From the NCBI GenBank assembly GCA_048940925.1, contig JBHLOC010000002.1, forward strand, positions 200,843 through 264,842: DNA of 64,000 nt. Reading direction: 5' to 3'. The position numbers and the translations under genes were made by a program. The stretch comes from Promethearchaeota archaeon. Its GTDB lineage: Archaea; Asgardarchaeota; Lokiarchaeia; Sigyniarchaeales; SOKP01. The notes beneath the pieces were generated by a model. It saw only the letters and a program-made list of their open reading frames with translations, ran no database searches and had not been told where the DNA came from. Positions 1-11,020 of this stretch are shown piece by piece. Every line of letters starts with the position of its first letter. Positions within the stretch are counted from its first letter, which is position 1.

Positions 1-588
1 CACCTGATCGTGAGTAACATATACCTGAGTAATTTGCAGTTTTCTTTGTAATTTAATAATTTCTCCTCTCATTTGAATACGTAATTTCGCATCTAGATTA
101 CTTAATGGTTCATCAAAAAGAAAAACTGTTGGATAACGCACAATTGATCTCCCTAAAGCAACCCTCTGGCGTTGTCCTCCACTTATTTCCCCAGGCTTTC
201 TGTCTAACAAATGATCGATATCTAAAAGCTTAGCAGCCTCTATTACTCTTCTATTTATCTCGTTTTTATCCATTTTGGATAATTTTAAAGCAAATCCCAT
301 ATTTTCTCGAACATTCATGTGAGGATATAAGGCATAACTCTGAAACACCATCGCAACTTTTCTTTCTTTTGGGGGAATAAAAGTAACATCTACATCGTCA
401 AATAAAACACGTCCATCTGTAACATATTCTAATCCGGCAATAATATTCAGGCAAGTTGATTTACCACAACCAGATGGACCAACAAGCACCATAAATTCTT
501 TATCTTTGATCTCAAGATCTATGTTCTTTAAAACATGGACATCGGGAGCAAAAATTTTATTTACTTTTTCTAATGTTATTCTTACCAT
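1..588 (-). CDS. malK: Sugar ABC transporter ATP-binding subunit (MalK/UgpC family), 3' end beyond window start
   Basis: Manual translation from ATG at 588: [13 protein letters not shown]...GPSGCGKST (Walker A), ISGGQRQR (signature), [11 protein letters not shown] (Walker B), YVTHDQ. Confidence 0.93.
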   Translation of the reverse strand, partial: MVRITLEKVNKIFAPDVHVLKNIDLEIKDKEFMVLVGPSGCGKSTCLNIIAGLEYVTDGRVLFDDVDVTFIPPKERKVAMVFQSYALYPHMNVRENMGFALKLSKMDKNEINRRVIEAAKLLDIDHLLDRKPGEISGGQRQRVALGRSIVRYPTVFLFDEPLSNLDAKLRIQMRGEIIKLQRKLQITQVYVTHDQV

Positions 589-605
589 TTTTATAACCAA
601 CTCAT

Positions 606-2630
606 TTAACCTTTTACTGCCCCTCTCGTTAAACCACTAATAATTTTCTTTTGAAATATTAACACGGCTATTACAAGAGGAACAGTTGAAATTGATGTTG
701 CTGCCATTAAAGCTATATCGGTATTCCATCTTGCTGTTAAACTCTGAGGATTCCTTACATATCTCAGTATTGCCCGAGGAACTGTATGATGTGCTGGTGA
801 AGTTAGAAATATTTGTGCAAATAATAATTCATTCCAACTAGCGATGAAAATTAGAATTGCACATGTAAAAATGCCAGGAATAGTTAATGGAAGAATTACC
901 TTACGAAAAATTTGAAAATTACTAGCCCCATCAACTTTAGCTGCTTTCCATAAATCCTCAGGTATTTCATGGAAGAATGCTACTAAAATAAAAACTGCTA
1001 AGGGTAAATTAAATGCAGTATAAGGTAACACTAATCCAAGTAGATTATCACGTAAATCAAGTGGTGGTAAAAATGTGCCAATAAAAATCATTTGTAAGTA
1101 AAACGGTATTATTATAATTAAAGGTGGTAAACTATTCATAGAAAAAATAAAACTATTCAAACCGCTTTTAAAAGGAAAATCAAATTTTGCTATAGCATAG
1201 GCAATAAACGACCCCACCACTATTACAACAATAACTGTGAGTCCTGCTAAAATACTACTATTTAAAAGAGCTCTATCAAAAGTTATTCCATACACCTCTG
1301 CATGAACAAAAATTACTTGATATGCTCTCAATGATGGATAAGCGGGAAATAATTCAAACTGTGTTTGGACTATATAGGGATCTCTGAAAGATCTACTTAC
1401 AATCCAAATAAAAGGTACAGCACAAAATAAACACATCAATATTACAAGAAGCGCAAAGATAATTTTGTGCAGATATCTTCGAATAATAAACATTTTAACT
1501 TTCGATTCTGAAATTGGTTTAAATTCTGTTTTAAATTGCGTAATATCAGAAGATTCTTCCTTATCCTCCTGTTTTAAATCATATTTTTCTTCTAGATCAT
1601 TATTTTTCAATTTTGAATTAGATTTTTCAGTTGTCCCTGTTTCTCTCCTAGTAAAATACACTATAACAAGAGCGAAAATCCCTACAAATACTAAAAGCAT
1701 GACAGAAACTGCAGAAGCTAATCCATAATCACCACTTAACCATAACAAGACTGCATGAGATGTCATTGAATTAACACTTACATCATTAAAGACAACAACA
1801 GCATCATACACTCTAAGAGCTTGCATCATTCGAAATAATAATGCAACTCCAATTCCAGGTTTTATCAATGGCAAAGTAATATATCTAAATTTTTGCCATC
1901 CACTCGCTCCTGCTACTTCTCCTGCTTTGTATAAATCTTCAGGAACAATTTGTAATGCGGCCAAGATTAATAATGTGATAAAGGGAGTAGTTTTCCACAC
2001 ATCAATTATAATTACTGAAAACATAGTTAAAGTAATGGGTATGTCGGTGACGAAAGGAGAATATGGTACAAGACAAGGTAAGAAAAATAATGTTGGAGCA
2101 TCAGCGCCATAAAAGGATACTGGTCGACCGCCAAATAGTATTAAAAGGCTATTAATCAATCCATACTGATCTGCTGAATTGAGGATCTCAAACCTATAAA
2201 GTGTTGCAGAAGCTACCGTAGGTATCGCCCATGGTATTAAAAGTGTTGCTCGGGCAATACTTCTTCCTTTAAATGATTTATTGAGAAGGATTGCAAATAG
2301 TAAACCAAGTAAAAATTCTAAAGTTAGAGAGACAATTGAAAAAAATAGTGTCTGGTAAGTATAACGCCAAAAATCACGTGTATTGTAATTTCCATAGAAA
2401 AGAAGTTCATAATAGTTAGAAAGTGTGAATTGTTGGCCAAAATATTGTCCTCCAGAAGCATTTCTAAAACTAATAAAGATTCCTATAAAAATGGGAAATA
2501 GAATAACGAGTACAAATATCAGTAATGCGGGTAATAAGAGTGAAATAACAAATTTAGTATCTTTCGGGGGCTGCTCTTTATGTTTAAAACTTTCTGGAAT
2601 TTCAAATTCTTGTACCGTCAAAACATCCAT
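606..2630 (-). CDS. Fused sugar ABC permease (MalF-like + MalG-like in one polypeptide)
   Basis: Two EAA-loop motifs ([14 protein letters not shown]; [14 protein letters not shown]) in two TM bundles joined by a charged linker; ends [11 protein letters not shown] like MalG. Confidence 0.92.
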   Translation of the reverse strand: MDVLTVQEFEIPESFKHKEQPPKDTKFVISLLLPALLIFVLVILFPIFIGIFISFRNASGGQYFGQQFTLSNYYELLFYGNYNTRDFWRYTYQTLFFSIVSLTLEFLLGLLFAILLNKSFKGRSIARATLLIPWAIPTVASATLYRFEILNSADQYGLINSLLILFGGRPVSFYGADAPTLFFLPCLVPYSPFVTDIPITLTMFSVIIIDVWKTTPFITLLILAALQIVPEDLYKAGEVAGASGWQKFRYITLPLIKPGIGVALLFRMMQALRVYDAVVVFNDVSVNSMTSHAVLLWLSGDYGLASAVSVMLLVFVGIFALVIVYFTRRETGTTEKSNSKLKNNDLEEKYDLKQEDKEESSDITQFKTEFKPISESKVKMFIIRRYLHKIIFALLVILMCLFCAVPFIWIVSRSFRDPYIVQTQFELFPAYPSLRAYQVIFVHAEVYGITFDRALLNSSILAGLTVIVVIVVGSFIAYAIAKFDFPFKSGLNSFIFSMNSLPPLIIIIPFYLQMIFIGTFLPPLDLRDNLLGLVLPYTAFNLPLAVFILVAFFHEIPEDLWKAAKVDGASNFQIFRKVILPLTIPGIFTCAILIFIASWNELLFAQIFLTSPAHHTVPRAILRYVRNPQSLTARWNTDIALMAATSISTVPLVIAVLIFQKKIISGLTRGAVKG

Positions 2631-2674
2631 AATTACGTACTCTTCTGATAATTAGAATAAATTTATTTAATTAT

Positions 2675-2688
2675 AAAAAAAAAAAAAA
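2675..2688 (-). terminator. U14 tract after the binding-protein gene (probable intra-operon terminator)
   Basis: A14 run on + strand ~16 nt past the stop of 2705..4246; archaeal intrinsic terminators are oligo-U. Confidence 0.5.
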
Positions 2689-2704
2689 GGTTTATATTAA
2701 AATT

Positions 2705-4246
2705 TTACTTGAACTTTTTTCTAGAGATTATAATAATTCCAATGATACTTGCAATTGAAAGTACTATAATAGCTACACTATAACCTGGGATTTGAGTTGG
2801 TGCTCCAGCAACAATTTCTTTTACATCTTTTTGCATTCCTGCTAATTGATCAGCAACACTTTTCCCCGTTAATATAAGGGTAAAATAGTCTCCGATTTTA
2901 TTAGAGATTTCAGGGTATTTAGGTTGAACAGGTCTTGATAAAGTTAACGATGCTTGATCTGTCCAATTTTTAATCCATTCAAATCCACTTGGAGGATTAG
3001 CATATACTGATAATAATGCCGGGAAATTTGCTAATGCCTGTACTCCTGGTGTTTCCTTGTCAGTATCAGCTATAAGTTCTGCTTCTTGAGCTTTCTTATC
3101 CCCAAGATATTTAATAAGATTAACAGCTGCATCTCTTGCATCTCCAGTTGTAGCTTTAGGAATGGCTAAAATGGCACCTCCTACACACGAAGTTTTATAT
3201 CCGGTAACTCCTTCAAAATGAGGTAATGGTGCTACGCCAAAATCCATACCTGCAGTTATAGATCCCCCATAAGCAAAAGGCCATTGTCGCATAAATATTG
3301 CATTACCTGCCAACCATGCTCCTACAGAAGACCCTTCATCATAAGTAAGAGCAGCACGAGGGATGATATAATTATTATAAGCACTATTTGGTGCTCCGCT
3401 AAGCCCGGTTTCATTAAATTGTGTTAAATTACCTTGAACTCCTGTGTATTGAGGTGGAACTAATGCTTGAACAAATTCCATTGCTTTTGTAACTCCTTCT
3501 GTATCAATATTAACGGCTCCTTCACTTGTAACAACATCTAACATGCCGTTACTCCCACACCATTCAAAGAAATTTACTACACCACCTTCATAATTATCGA
3601 ACTGACCAACATATCCTCCGAGATCTCCCTCAGATCTTAGCAACATACCAGAACCATTGTTAAGGATAAAATTAGCTGTTTCATTTAATCCCTCCCAAGT
3701 ACTAAAGTCTGCTTCTGACCATTTTCCAACACCAAAAAATCGATCCATCAAATCTCTTCGATAAAATAAGATCCCAAGATTCATGAAATAAGGATAAGCA
3801 TAAGTCTTTCCTTTATATTGACCAGCAGCAACTATCCCGGAACCATAATCATTTAGTTCTCCACTGGTTAGATATGAATCGAGCGGAATAATCCATCCGT
3901 TAGAAGCAAAAAGAGCTGTCCAGACCACATCTAATCCAATAACATCAGCAGTTGCAGTTCCACCTTGCATCAATGTTTGCAAATTTATTAGCTGATTATC
4001 AGCAGTAGTTCCTGTAGATTTAACTGTTACTGAATTTACTCCTGTACCTAAATCTGAATTCAAGAAATCGTCAGTAACATTTGTAACACCAGGTAATTGT
4101 TGATCTGTGACCCAAATTGTTAAATCGACACCTGCAGAAGGTTTCAAATTTGAGGCTCTAATAGGAAACACAAACATCGCAGTTGAAAATAACATTAAAA
4201 GTCCAAGTAAAGCAACTAAAGCTTTGTGGTTTACATTTTTTCTCAT
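2705..4246 (-). CDS. Sugar (trehalose/maltose-type) ABC substrate-binding protein with Loki-CTERM-like anchor
   Basis: Signal peptide; DVIGLDVVW, LFYRRDL, FMRQWPFAY motifs of trehalose/maltose SBPs; C-terminal IPGY+TM+RKKFK. Confidence 0.88.
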   Translation of the reverse strand: MRKNVNHKALVALLGLLMLFSTAMFVFPIRASNLKPSAGVDLTIWVTDQQLPGVTNVTDDFLNSDLGTGVNSVTVKSTGTTADNQLINLQTLMQGGTATADVIGLDVVWTALFASNGWIIPLDSYLTSGELNDYGSGIVAAGQYKGKTYAYPYFMNLGILFYRRDLMDRFFGVGKWSEADFSTWEGLNETANFILNNGSGMLLRSEGDLGGYVGQFDNYEGGVVNFFEWCGSNGMLDVVTSEGAVNIDTEGVTKAMEFVQALVPPQYTGVQGNLTQFNETGLSGAPNSAYNNYIIPRAALTYDEGSSVGAWLAGNAIFMRQWPFAYGGSITAGMDFGVAPLPHFEGVTGYKTSCVGGAILAIPKATTGDARDAAVNLIKYLGDKKAQEAELIADTDKETPGVQALANFPALLSVYANPPSGFEWIKNWTDQASLTLSRPVQPKYPEISNKIGDYFTLILTGKSVADQLAGMQKDVKEIVAGAPTQIPGYSVAIIVLSIASIIGIIIISRKKFK

Positions 4247-4492
4247 TTTTTAAATTCGACCCAAATTTTTTTGATTTTTGTTAAATTTTTATTTTTTACC
4301 TCTAAATTGGGATAAAAGAGGCAAAAAATTATAGAAAAAGATTATAATTATATTTAAAAACTTTACGCTAAATTTTTAAAAATCTTCGATTTTTCTTTGA
4401 ATTTCTAAACAAAAATGTAATATTAGAAAAGAAATATCAATAAATTAAATGAAAACATATTAAAATAAAATAAATATGGTTGAAATTAAAAA

Positions 4493-5701
4493 TTGAATGC
4501 AAACTCTATTTTAGATCAATATCTTAAATTATTAGGAAATAACGTTATAAAAAGAATTAAGAAAAAAGGAAAAGAATTTGAAAACCATAAAGTTTTCCAT
4601 GTAAATGCTACCAAGTTTGGAGGAGGGGTAGCTGAGATCTTACATAATATGATTCCATTAATGCAAGAATTAAAAATTGATGTGGATTGGAAAGTCTTTA
4701 CTGCCCCTGATAGTTTTTTTGAAATATCCAAGCGAATGCATAATGCATTACAGGGTAATATGGATATTAAATTTTCTAATGAAGAGATTTCCTCATATAT
4801 TTCCCAGGCTAAATCTTCATATGAACAAATACAGCCTGATGGTGATTTTATAATAATGCATGACCCTCAACCATGTCCTATTATTAAATTTGCAGAAAAG
4901 AGAATAGGAAAATGGATATGGCGGTGTCATATTGATACTTCTAACCCAAATCCTCAAGCATGGGGAATTATTTCAAAATATCTTCCATTATATGATGCTC
5001 TCATTTTTACTAAGAAAGAATTTGCCAAAGAAGATATAACCACACCTATATTTCAAATAACACCTTCAATTAACCCATTTTCGAATAAAAATAAACATAT
5101 AGAAGAAAATGAAGCAAAAGAGATTGTGCAGAAATTTGTTCCCTTAGATTTGCCTCTTATTACTCAAGTTTCCCGATTTGATCCATGGAAGGATCCTTTA
5201 GGTGTAATCGAAGTCTATAAAAAAGTTAGTGAAAAAATACCAATTCGTTTAGCATTGATAGGTAGCTTAGCTCATGACGATCCAGAAGGCATAAAGTGGT
5301 TAGAACAACTAAAAAATTATGCAGGTGATGATCCAAATATTCATATATTATCAAATTTAGATGGGGTTGCAGATTTGGAAGTAAATGCGTTCCAACTAAT
5401 TTCTAGTATCATATTGCAAAAATCTATTAGAGAGGGCTTTGGCCTCACTGTCACTGAAGCACTCTGGAAAGGCACACCTGTGATTGGAGGAAACGTTGGA
5501 GGGATTAAACTACAGATTGAGAATGGGGTCAATGGTTTCCTAGTAGATACAATCGAGGAAGCGACAGAAAAGGTCCTTTATTTGTTAAAAAATCCCAAAA
5601 AAGCAAAAGAAATGGGTCAAAATGGTTATGAAAAAGTAAAAAATGAATTTTTATTAATTCACCATGTAGAAAAATATTTAGATCTTTTTAAAAGCATCTA
5701 A
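4493..5701 (+). CDS. treT: Trehalose glycosyltransferring synthase (GT4)
   Basis: HVNATKFGGGVAEIL, HDPQP, WRCHID, SRFDPWKD, EGFGLTVTEALWK motifs; next to a trehalose/maltose ABC operon. Confidence 0.88.
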   Translation: MNANSILDQYLKLLGNNVIKRIKKKGKEFENHKVFHVNATKFGGGVAEILHNMIPLMQELKIDVDWKVFTAPDSFFEISKRMHNALQGNMDIKFSNEEISSYISQAKSSYEQIQPDGDFIIMHDPQPCPIIKFAEKRIGKWIWRCHIDTSNPNPQAWGIISKYLPLYDALIFTKKEFAKEDITTPIFQITPSINPFSNKNKHIEENEAKEIVQKFVPLDLPLITQVSRFDPWKDPLGVIEVYKKVSEKIPIRLALIGSLAHDDPEGIKWLEQLKNYAGDDPNIHILSNLDGVADLEVNAFQLISSIILQKSIREGFGLTVTEALWKGTPVIGGNVGGIKLQIENGVNGFLVDTIEEATEKVLYLLKNPKKAKEMGQNGYEKVKNEFLLIHHVEKYLDLFKSI

Positions 5702-5737
5702 TACTTAGCAAATTGATATAGAATTAGTGAATTTAAA

Positions 5738-6871
5738 TTGAAAGCGCCCGAGAGAGTGTTAACTACTATTAAACACAAGGAACCTGATAAAGTTCCTGCG
5801 TTTGAAAGTGCTTTTACAAATAATAAAATAATGAAACATTACGGGCTTACTCCAAGAGAACAGGATACTAATCTCTTCCAAGAGATTTTAGAAAAGAAGC
5901 AAAATTTCAAGAAATGCTATTTGACTTCTCATGAACTTTTCTGTAAAATTGGTATCGATATTATAACAACTCTTTCTAGTCTTTTCCCACTTAAAAAGCT
6001 AAAAAAAGGAGAGGGATTTATTGATGAGTATGGAAGAATAATGAAATATGAATACTATAAAGATAATACAGTTATTTTAGGTTACTATGGTGGAGTTTTT
6101 AATAATTTTGAAGATTATGAGAGTTGGGAAAAACCTGAGCCAAATTGGGAACCAAGAATTAATAGTTTTTTAGCAGGAAGAGAAATTCAAAAGGATTTAA
6201 AAGATAATGTTTTTTCTATTCCATCAACAGGAGCTTTAATGGAAGATGTATGGCAGGGCTTCGGACTAGAAACATTCTCAAAAATTCTAGCAAGACCAAA
6301 GCAGGCAAAAAAACTTTTTGATGAATATGGGGGCTTTACTCTTGAACTTGTCAAAATTTTAGCAGAGCTAGATGCCCAAATAGTATTACTTTTAGATGAT
6401 TATGGTTATAAAAATGGATTATTTATGAAACCCTATTATTTTCATAAATATGTTTTTCCTTGGTTAAAGCGAATATGTGATGTTGCTCATAAACGTGATT
6501 GTAAAATAATGCTTCACTCTGATGGGGATTTATTGGAAATTTTTGAAGATATTATTAATTGTGGAGTTGATGTTATTAATCCTATCGAACCCACAACAGC
6601 AAACCCAGATTATGATATTTTCAAATTAAAAAGAAAATACGGAGATCAAATTACTTTCGCGGGTAATTTAAGTCCAATGATGTTAGCAACAGGAACGATT
6701 GATGAAATAGAGATCTATGCTAAAAAACTAATAAAAGAATTAGCACCTGGAGGAGGATATATTTTTAGTAGTGGTCACTCAATAAATCCTGCTATAACAG
6801 TAGATCGATTTGAAGCAATGCAAAATATTAGAAGAGAGTATGGAATATATCCTATTAATATTCCTGATTAA
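5738..6871 (+). CDS. Uroporphyrinogen decarboxylase / MtaA-CmuA family protein
   Basis: ERV..TIKHKEPDKVP start, DDYG, LHSDG, GGGYIFSSGHSI. Confidence 0.8.
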   Translation: MKAPERVLTTIKHKEPDKVPAFESAFTNNKIMKHYGLTPREQDTNLFQEILEKKQNFKKCYLTSHELFCKIGIDIITTLSSLFPLKKLKKGEGFIDEYGRIMKYEYYKDNTVILGYYGGVFNNFEDYESWEKPEPNWEPRINSFLAGREIQKDLKDNVFSIPSTGALMEDVWQGFGLETFSKILARPKQAKKLFDEYGGFTLELVKILAELDAQIVLLLDDYGYKNGLFMKPYYFHKYVFPWLKRICDVAHKRDCKIMLHSDGDLLEIFEDIINCGVDVINPIEPTTANPDYDIFKLKRKYGDQITFAGNLSPMMLATGTIDEIEIYAKKLIKELAPGGGYIFSSGHSINPAITVDRFEAMQNIRREYGIYPINIPD

Positions 6872-6884
6872 TATTTTAAATAAA

Positions 6885-7057
6885 AACTGTTTTCTAGTGG
6901 ATACAATCGAAAAAGTTATAAAAAAAGTATTTTATTTATTATGTCATCCAAAAATTGCTGAAAAAAGGGTAAAAAAGGAGTTTAAAAAGTAAAAAAAGAA
7001 TTTCTATTAATAATCTATGTAGAAAATTATTTAGTTTTGTCCATATACTTGTCAAAT
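6885..7057 (+). repeat. Degenerate direct copy of the treT 3' end (original ~5531-5713)
   Basis: NCFLVDTIEKVIKKVFYLL.HPK vs treT NGFLVDTIEEATEKVLYLL.NPK; DNA similarity continues through aaaaagtaaaaaa.gaattt.tattaat, atgtagaaaa.tatttag and atactt..caaat. Confidence 0.8.
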
Positions 7058-7129
7058 CCTAATTAATACACCTTCTAATAAAAAATACTTATTATTTGAT
7101 ATATTATTCTTTCGTGCTTAGGATAAAAA

Positions 7130-7384
7130 TTAATGTCGTTTTTTACGATAAAAGAACAACATCTCTGCAAGGAACATGAAAATTAAGGTGAATATTAGGC
7201 TAGTAATTATACCATATATCCAACTAAATTCTACTGAATAATTCAAATTCATTCTATAAACATTGTAAAAACCCAAAAATGAAAAATAGAAAACTAGGAT
7301 ACTGATGAGTATTAACCTTTTAAGACCTGTCTTTAGGTAACCAGCAAAATCGCTAAAAAATTCTTTAAATTCCATAAATATCAA
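7130..7384 (-). CDS. Small two-TM membrane protein
   Basis: Two hydrophobic segments, basic C-terminus. Confidence 0.6.
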   Translation of the reverse strand: MIFMEFKEFFSDFAGYLKTGLKRLILISILVFYFSFLGFYNVYRMNLNYSVEFSWIYGIITSLIFTLIFMFLAEMLFFYRKKRH

Positions 7385-7585
7385 ATCTTAATCATTTATT
7401 TTTAATATTCAAATGTAGAATAATTATGTAAATATAATAACAGAATTATTTTTAAATCTCTCTACCTATGATGTGGATGTAATTTAACTCTATTTATTAT
7501 AGATTATAAACTTTATATAATAAAGAACATATTTTTGCTTGTTTAAATTCATAATTGATTATTTCAAAAATATGAGGAAATTTAT

Positions 7586-9136
7586 ATGAATCTTAAAGAA
7601 CTAGTAGAAACTCAGGCAGAAACGTATAAAGATAAAACATTTTTATATTGGGAAGATAAAACTGTTTCTTACTCTCAATTGAATGAGCTTACAAATAAAG
7701 TAGCTAATTTTTTATATGAATTAGGAATCAGAAAAGGAGATAAAGTAAGTGTTTACCTCCCAAATATGCCTGAATATGTATATCTTTATCTAGGTATTCC
7801 TAAAATCGGTGCGATTACTGGTCCTGTAAACGCACTGTTTAAAACTCGAGAGGTAAAATTTGTAGTAGGGCATTCAGAAGCAAAAGTTTTGATCACAATC
7901 CCAAATTTTATGGATTTAGTAAATGAAATTAAAAGTGATCTACCTAATTTGAAACACATCATAGTAATCGGAGAACCTATGGAGCATACATTAAATTTTT
8001 GGGAATTAATGGATAAAGCTTCAACAAATACTCCTCCTGAAGTGATTATTAATGAAAGAGAGGATCCCGCGGCAATTATCTATACATCAGGAACCACAGG
8101 ATTTCCTAAAGGAGTATTACAAACCCACTTTAACATCAGGAGAAATGGTGAAATGATTCAAGAGTTTTTAAAAGCGAGAGAAGATTTTCGATTTATGTTA
8201 ATTTTACCACTTTTCCATGTTAATGCTCAAGTTGTAACAGTCATGGCGCCTTTAACTATCGGAGCTAGTTGTATATTAACTCCTGGATTCTCAGCTCAAA
8301 CACACTGGGAAATTGTAGCAAAATATAAAGCATCTACGTTTAGTGCAGTGCCAACAGTGCTTTCTATATTACTTAGAATGCCACATGAAAATCTCGATCT
8401 TTCTTCATTAGAATTTGTTATTTGTGGGGCGGCTCCTTTACCTGTGGAGGTGTTCAGGGAATTTGAGAATACATTTAATTGTAAAGTTATAGAAGGGTAT
8501 GGTCTTACAGAGGGCACATGCGCTTCTTCAGTTAACCCTTTGCCTACTGAAACAGAAGATAGACGAAAAATTGGTAGTATCGGCTTACCTCTCCCTGGGA
8601 ATGAAATGAAAATTGTAGACGATAAAGGTAATGATGTTCCCCCTAACACTAAAGGTGAAATTGTGATTAAAGGTGATAATATTATGAAAGAATATTTTAA
8701 AAATCCAGAAGCAAATGCTGAGACTCTCAAGGATGGCTGGTTATATACAGGCGATATTGGACATATGGATGAAGACGGATTTTTTTATATCACAGATCGT
8801 AAAAAAGATATGATCATTCGAGGTGGAGAAAATATATATCCTAGAGAAATAGAAGAAGTGCTTTATGCTCATCCTGATGTGTCATTAGCAACTGTTATTG
8901 GGGTACGAGATGAGATCTATGGAGAACTTCCCAAAGCATTTATAGTATTAAAAGAAAGAAAATCTCTAACTACCGATGATATTATTGAACATTGTAAGAA
9001 AAATCTCGCTAATTTTAAAGTTCCAAAGTATGTAGAGTTTAGGAATGATCTTCCTAAGACACCGACAGGGAAGATAATGAAACAACCTCTCCGAGAAGAA
9101 GAAGAAGAAAAAACTGGAAAGATCTTTAATTCTTAA
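7586..9136 (+). CDS. Long-chain acyl-CoA synthetase (AMP-binding)
   Basis: YTSGTTGFPKG, EGYGLTE, TGDIG, PKTPTGKI motifs. Confidence 0.93.
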   Translation: MNLKELVETQAETYKDKTFLYWEDKTVSYSQLNELTNKVANFLYELGIRKGDKVSVYLPNMPEYVYLYLGIPKIGAITGPVNALFKTREVKFVVGHSEAKVLITIPNFMDLVNEIKSDLPNLKHIIVIGEPMEHTLNFWELMDKASTNTPPEVIINEREDPAAIIYTSGTTGFPKGVLQTHFNIRRNGEMIQEFLKAREDFRFMLILPLFHVNAQVVTVMAPLTIGASCILTPGFSAQTHWEIVAKYKASTFSAVPTVLSILLRMPHENLDLSSLEFVICGAAPLPVEVFREFENTFNCKVIEGYGLTEGTCASSVNPLPTETEDRRKIGSIGLPLPGNEMKIVDDKGNDVPPNTKGEIVIKGDNIMKEYFKNPEANAETLKDGWLYTGDIGHMDEDGFFYITDRKKDMIIRGGENIYPREIEEVLYAHPDVSLATVIGVRDEIYGELPKAFIVLKERKSLTTDDIIEHCKKNLANFKVPKYVEFRNDLPKTPTGKIMKQPLREEEEEKTGKIFNS

Positions 9137-9340
9137 TCTTTTTCAAATTTTACTATTTTTTTTTAGATTAGATTTCAATAATTAGAGAATTTATAAAAAA
9201 CCTGCATTCCAATATGAATATTTAAAAGCTTAGTTTTATATTTAAATTCAAAAGAAATTCAATATTAACATATTTTAAATTAAGATATGCATTAAATATA
9301 TTACAAAAATTAATCTAATGTCATTAGGAGCTGTGTTAAA

Positions 9341-11020
9341 ATTATAAAAAAGAGAACGATTTTAATTGTAGTTTTCGCAATAACATCTGTTATTGTTCAG
9401 TTATTTGGAATTCCATATTTAGGTATTAAATCTACATCTCATGACCTTGAATTCGAATATGTCTATAATTGGGACTTAACAGGAACAGGAGGATGGTACG
9501 ACGGATATAAAGAGACTTTTAGAGCAAAAGGACATTACACTATTGATTTTAATGGGAATTTTGCGAATGTAACTGCTCGCGTTTCATGGAAATTTTCTGA
9601 AAACTATTATGGTTCTTCCCAAAAAAGCGTAGATACTTATGAGTTTTCATATTCGCTAGATAATGGTGCGTATATATGGGGAACTGACCAAGATGTCCTT
9701 AACACAACTAATATGAATGTTTGGTTTCATATTCCTGGAGGGATTAAAGCTCCTCAATATGATATTCTCGATACTTCATATAAAGTAATCAGTGGAGAAC
9801 ATCTTATTTGGGTTGGATATTTAATGCCTTTTAGTGGAAAGAAACTTCATAGTGAGGGCCAATATTTTCGAGATGATGAGCTTGGGAAATTTGATGCTAA
9901 ATATAGAGTAGATAATTTCTTTACGAAAAATGGTTATTTAATTGGAGAGATTTATACAGAAACAGATGATGGTTACGATAGAGACACGGGAGATTGGTCC
10001 GAATTTAAATTGAATTCCTATGTCTTCATTACATCTTCTAGTTATCTAAGACCTTTTAATTTTGGAATGTACTTTTTAGCATACTGGGGACCTATATTAT
10101 TTTTTATGATTCTTTTTTACGTAGTATATGAAAACCTCCGCTGGAAATCAAGGATAATTCCCAAAGGAGATATAGAAATTGTTGTTGAAAGAAATCTTCC
10201 TAACTTTGTGAAATTTGAAATACAATCTGCTTATTCAGAAATGATACCATCCTATTTAGTTAGAGCAAGATCTCATGATAAGAGAATTATTAGTGCTCAT
10301 AAAAATGGAGTAGTAGAAGGAATAGGATTTATTGAACCAAATGGGAAAATCGGTACATTTTATGGTAACTACATCTGGGATATGATAAACTATACAAAAG
10401 TAAAATACGCATTCACTGAAATTGGAAGGAATTTAAAAGGTTTTCGCACAATCGAAAAATATAATATCCTTGAAATTAATAATCTCCAGCAAAGAGATTT
10501 AAGTTTTGACACTGCTCATATTAAACCTGTTGAGGAGAAACATCTAGATGCCATCATGAAAATGGTCGCAAATGAAGATAGAGGTAAAAAAAGCAAGAAA
10601 TATGCAAAATGGGTTTCTAAATCTTATGAGGATGATATCGCAGTTATAGCTACTGCTTCAAGCACAGAAACATGGGTTCAGTCTATAATGTCGGATTTAT
10701 ATCAGAGTAAATATCCTAAACCAGAATCTATAGCTAATGAAATAATATTGGGTGTAGGTTTTACTACTCCTGGAGAAGAAACTGGATGGTTATATGGACT
10801 TTACGTCCATCCTGCTTTTAGAAATCATGGGCTAGGGAGAACACTTGTATTAGCCCGACTTTCAGCGCTCAAGGAAATAGGATGTATACGAGCAATTACA
10901 GAAATTGCTGAATGGAATAGTCCTGCTAAAAAGATATATGATGATTATAATGCTCAAATAGTAGGTACAATATATCTTTTAGGTAAAAAGATGCCAAAAG
11001 TTAAGGTGAGACACTACTGA
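9341..11020 (+). CDS. Membrane-anchored protein with putative extracellular domain and cytoplasmic GNAT acetyltransferase
   Basis: Frame is open from 9314; N-terminal hydrophobic segment TILIVVFAITSVIVQLFGI lies upstream of the tracked ATG (9713); second TM FGMYFLAYWGPILFFMILFYVV; GNAT motif A LYVHPAFRNHGLG. Start codon uncertain. Confidence 0.75.
   Translation: MIKKRTILIVVFAITSVIVQLFGIPYLGIKSTSHDLEFEYVYNWDLTGTGGWYDGYKETFRAKGHYTIDFNGNFANVTARVSWKFSENYYGSSQKSVDTYEFSYSLDNGAYIWGTDQDVLNTTNMNVWFHIPGGIKAPQYDILDTSYKVISGEHLIWVGYLMPFSGKKLHSEGQYFRDDELGKFDAKYRVDNFFTKNGYLIGEIYTETDDGYDRDTGDWSEFKLNSYVFITSSSYLRPFNFGMYFLAYWGPILFFMILFYVVYENLRWKSRIIPKGDIEIVVERNLPNFVKFEIQSAYSEMIPSYLVRARSHDKRIISAHKNGVVEGIGFIEPNGKIGTFYGNYIWDMINYTKVKYAFTEIGRNLKGFRTIEKYNILEINNLQQRDLSFDTAHIKPVEEKHLDAIMKMVANEDRGKKSKKYAKWVSKSYEDDIAVIATASSTETWVQSIMSDLYQSKYPKPESIANEIILGVGFTTPGEETGWLYGLYVHPAFRNHGLGRTLVLARLSALKEIGCIRAITEIAEWNSPAKKIYDDYNAQIVGTIYLLGKKMPKVKVRHY

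Noticed and set aside
1465-2655. Short antisense or overlapping ORFs here and throughout (e.g. 8296-8730, 16569-16856, 28387-28773, 37682-38050, 45115-45501)
   Set aside because: They lie within confidently assigned genes and show no motifs
6810-6992. 60-aa ORF in track
   Set aside because: Explained by the decayed treT duplicate
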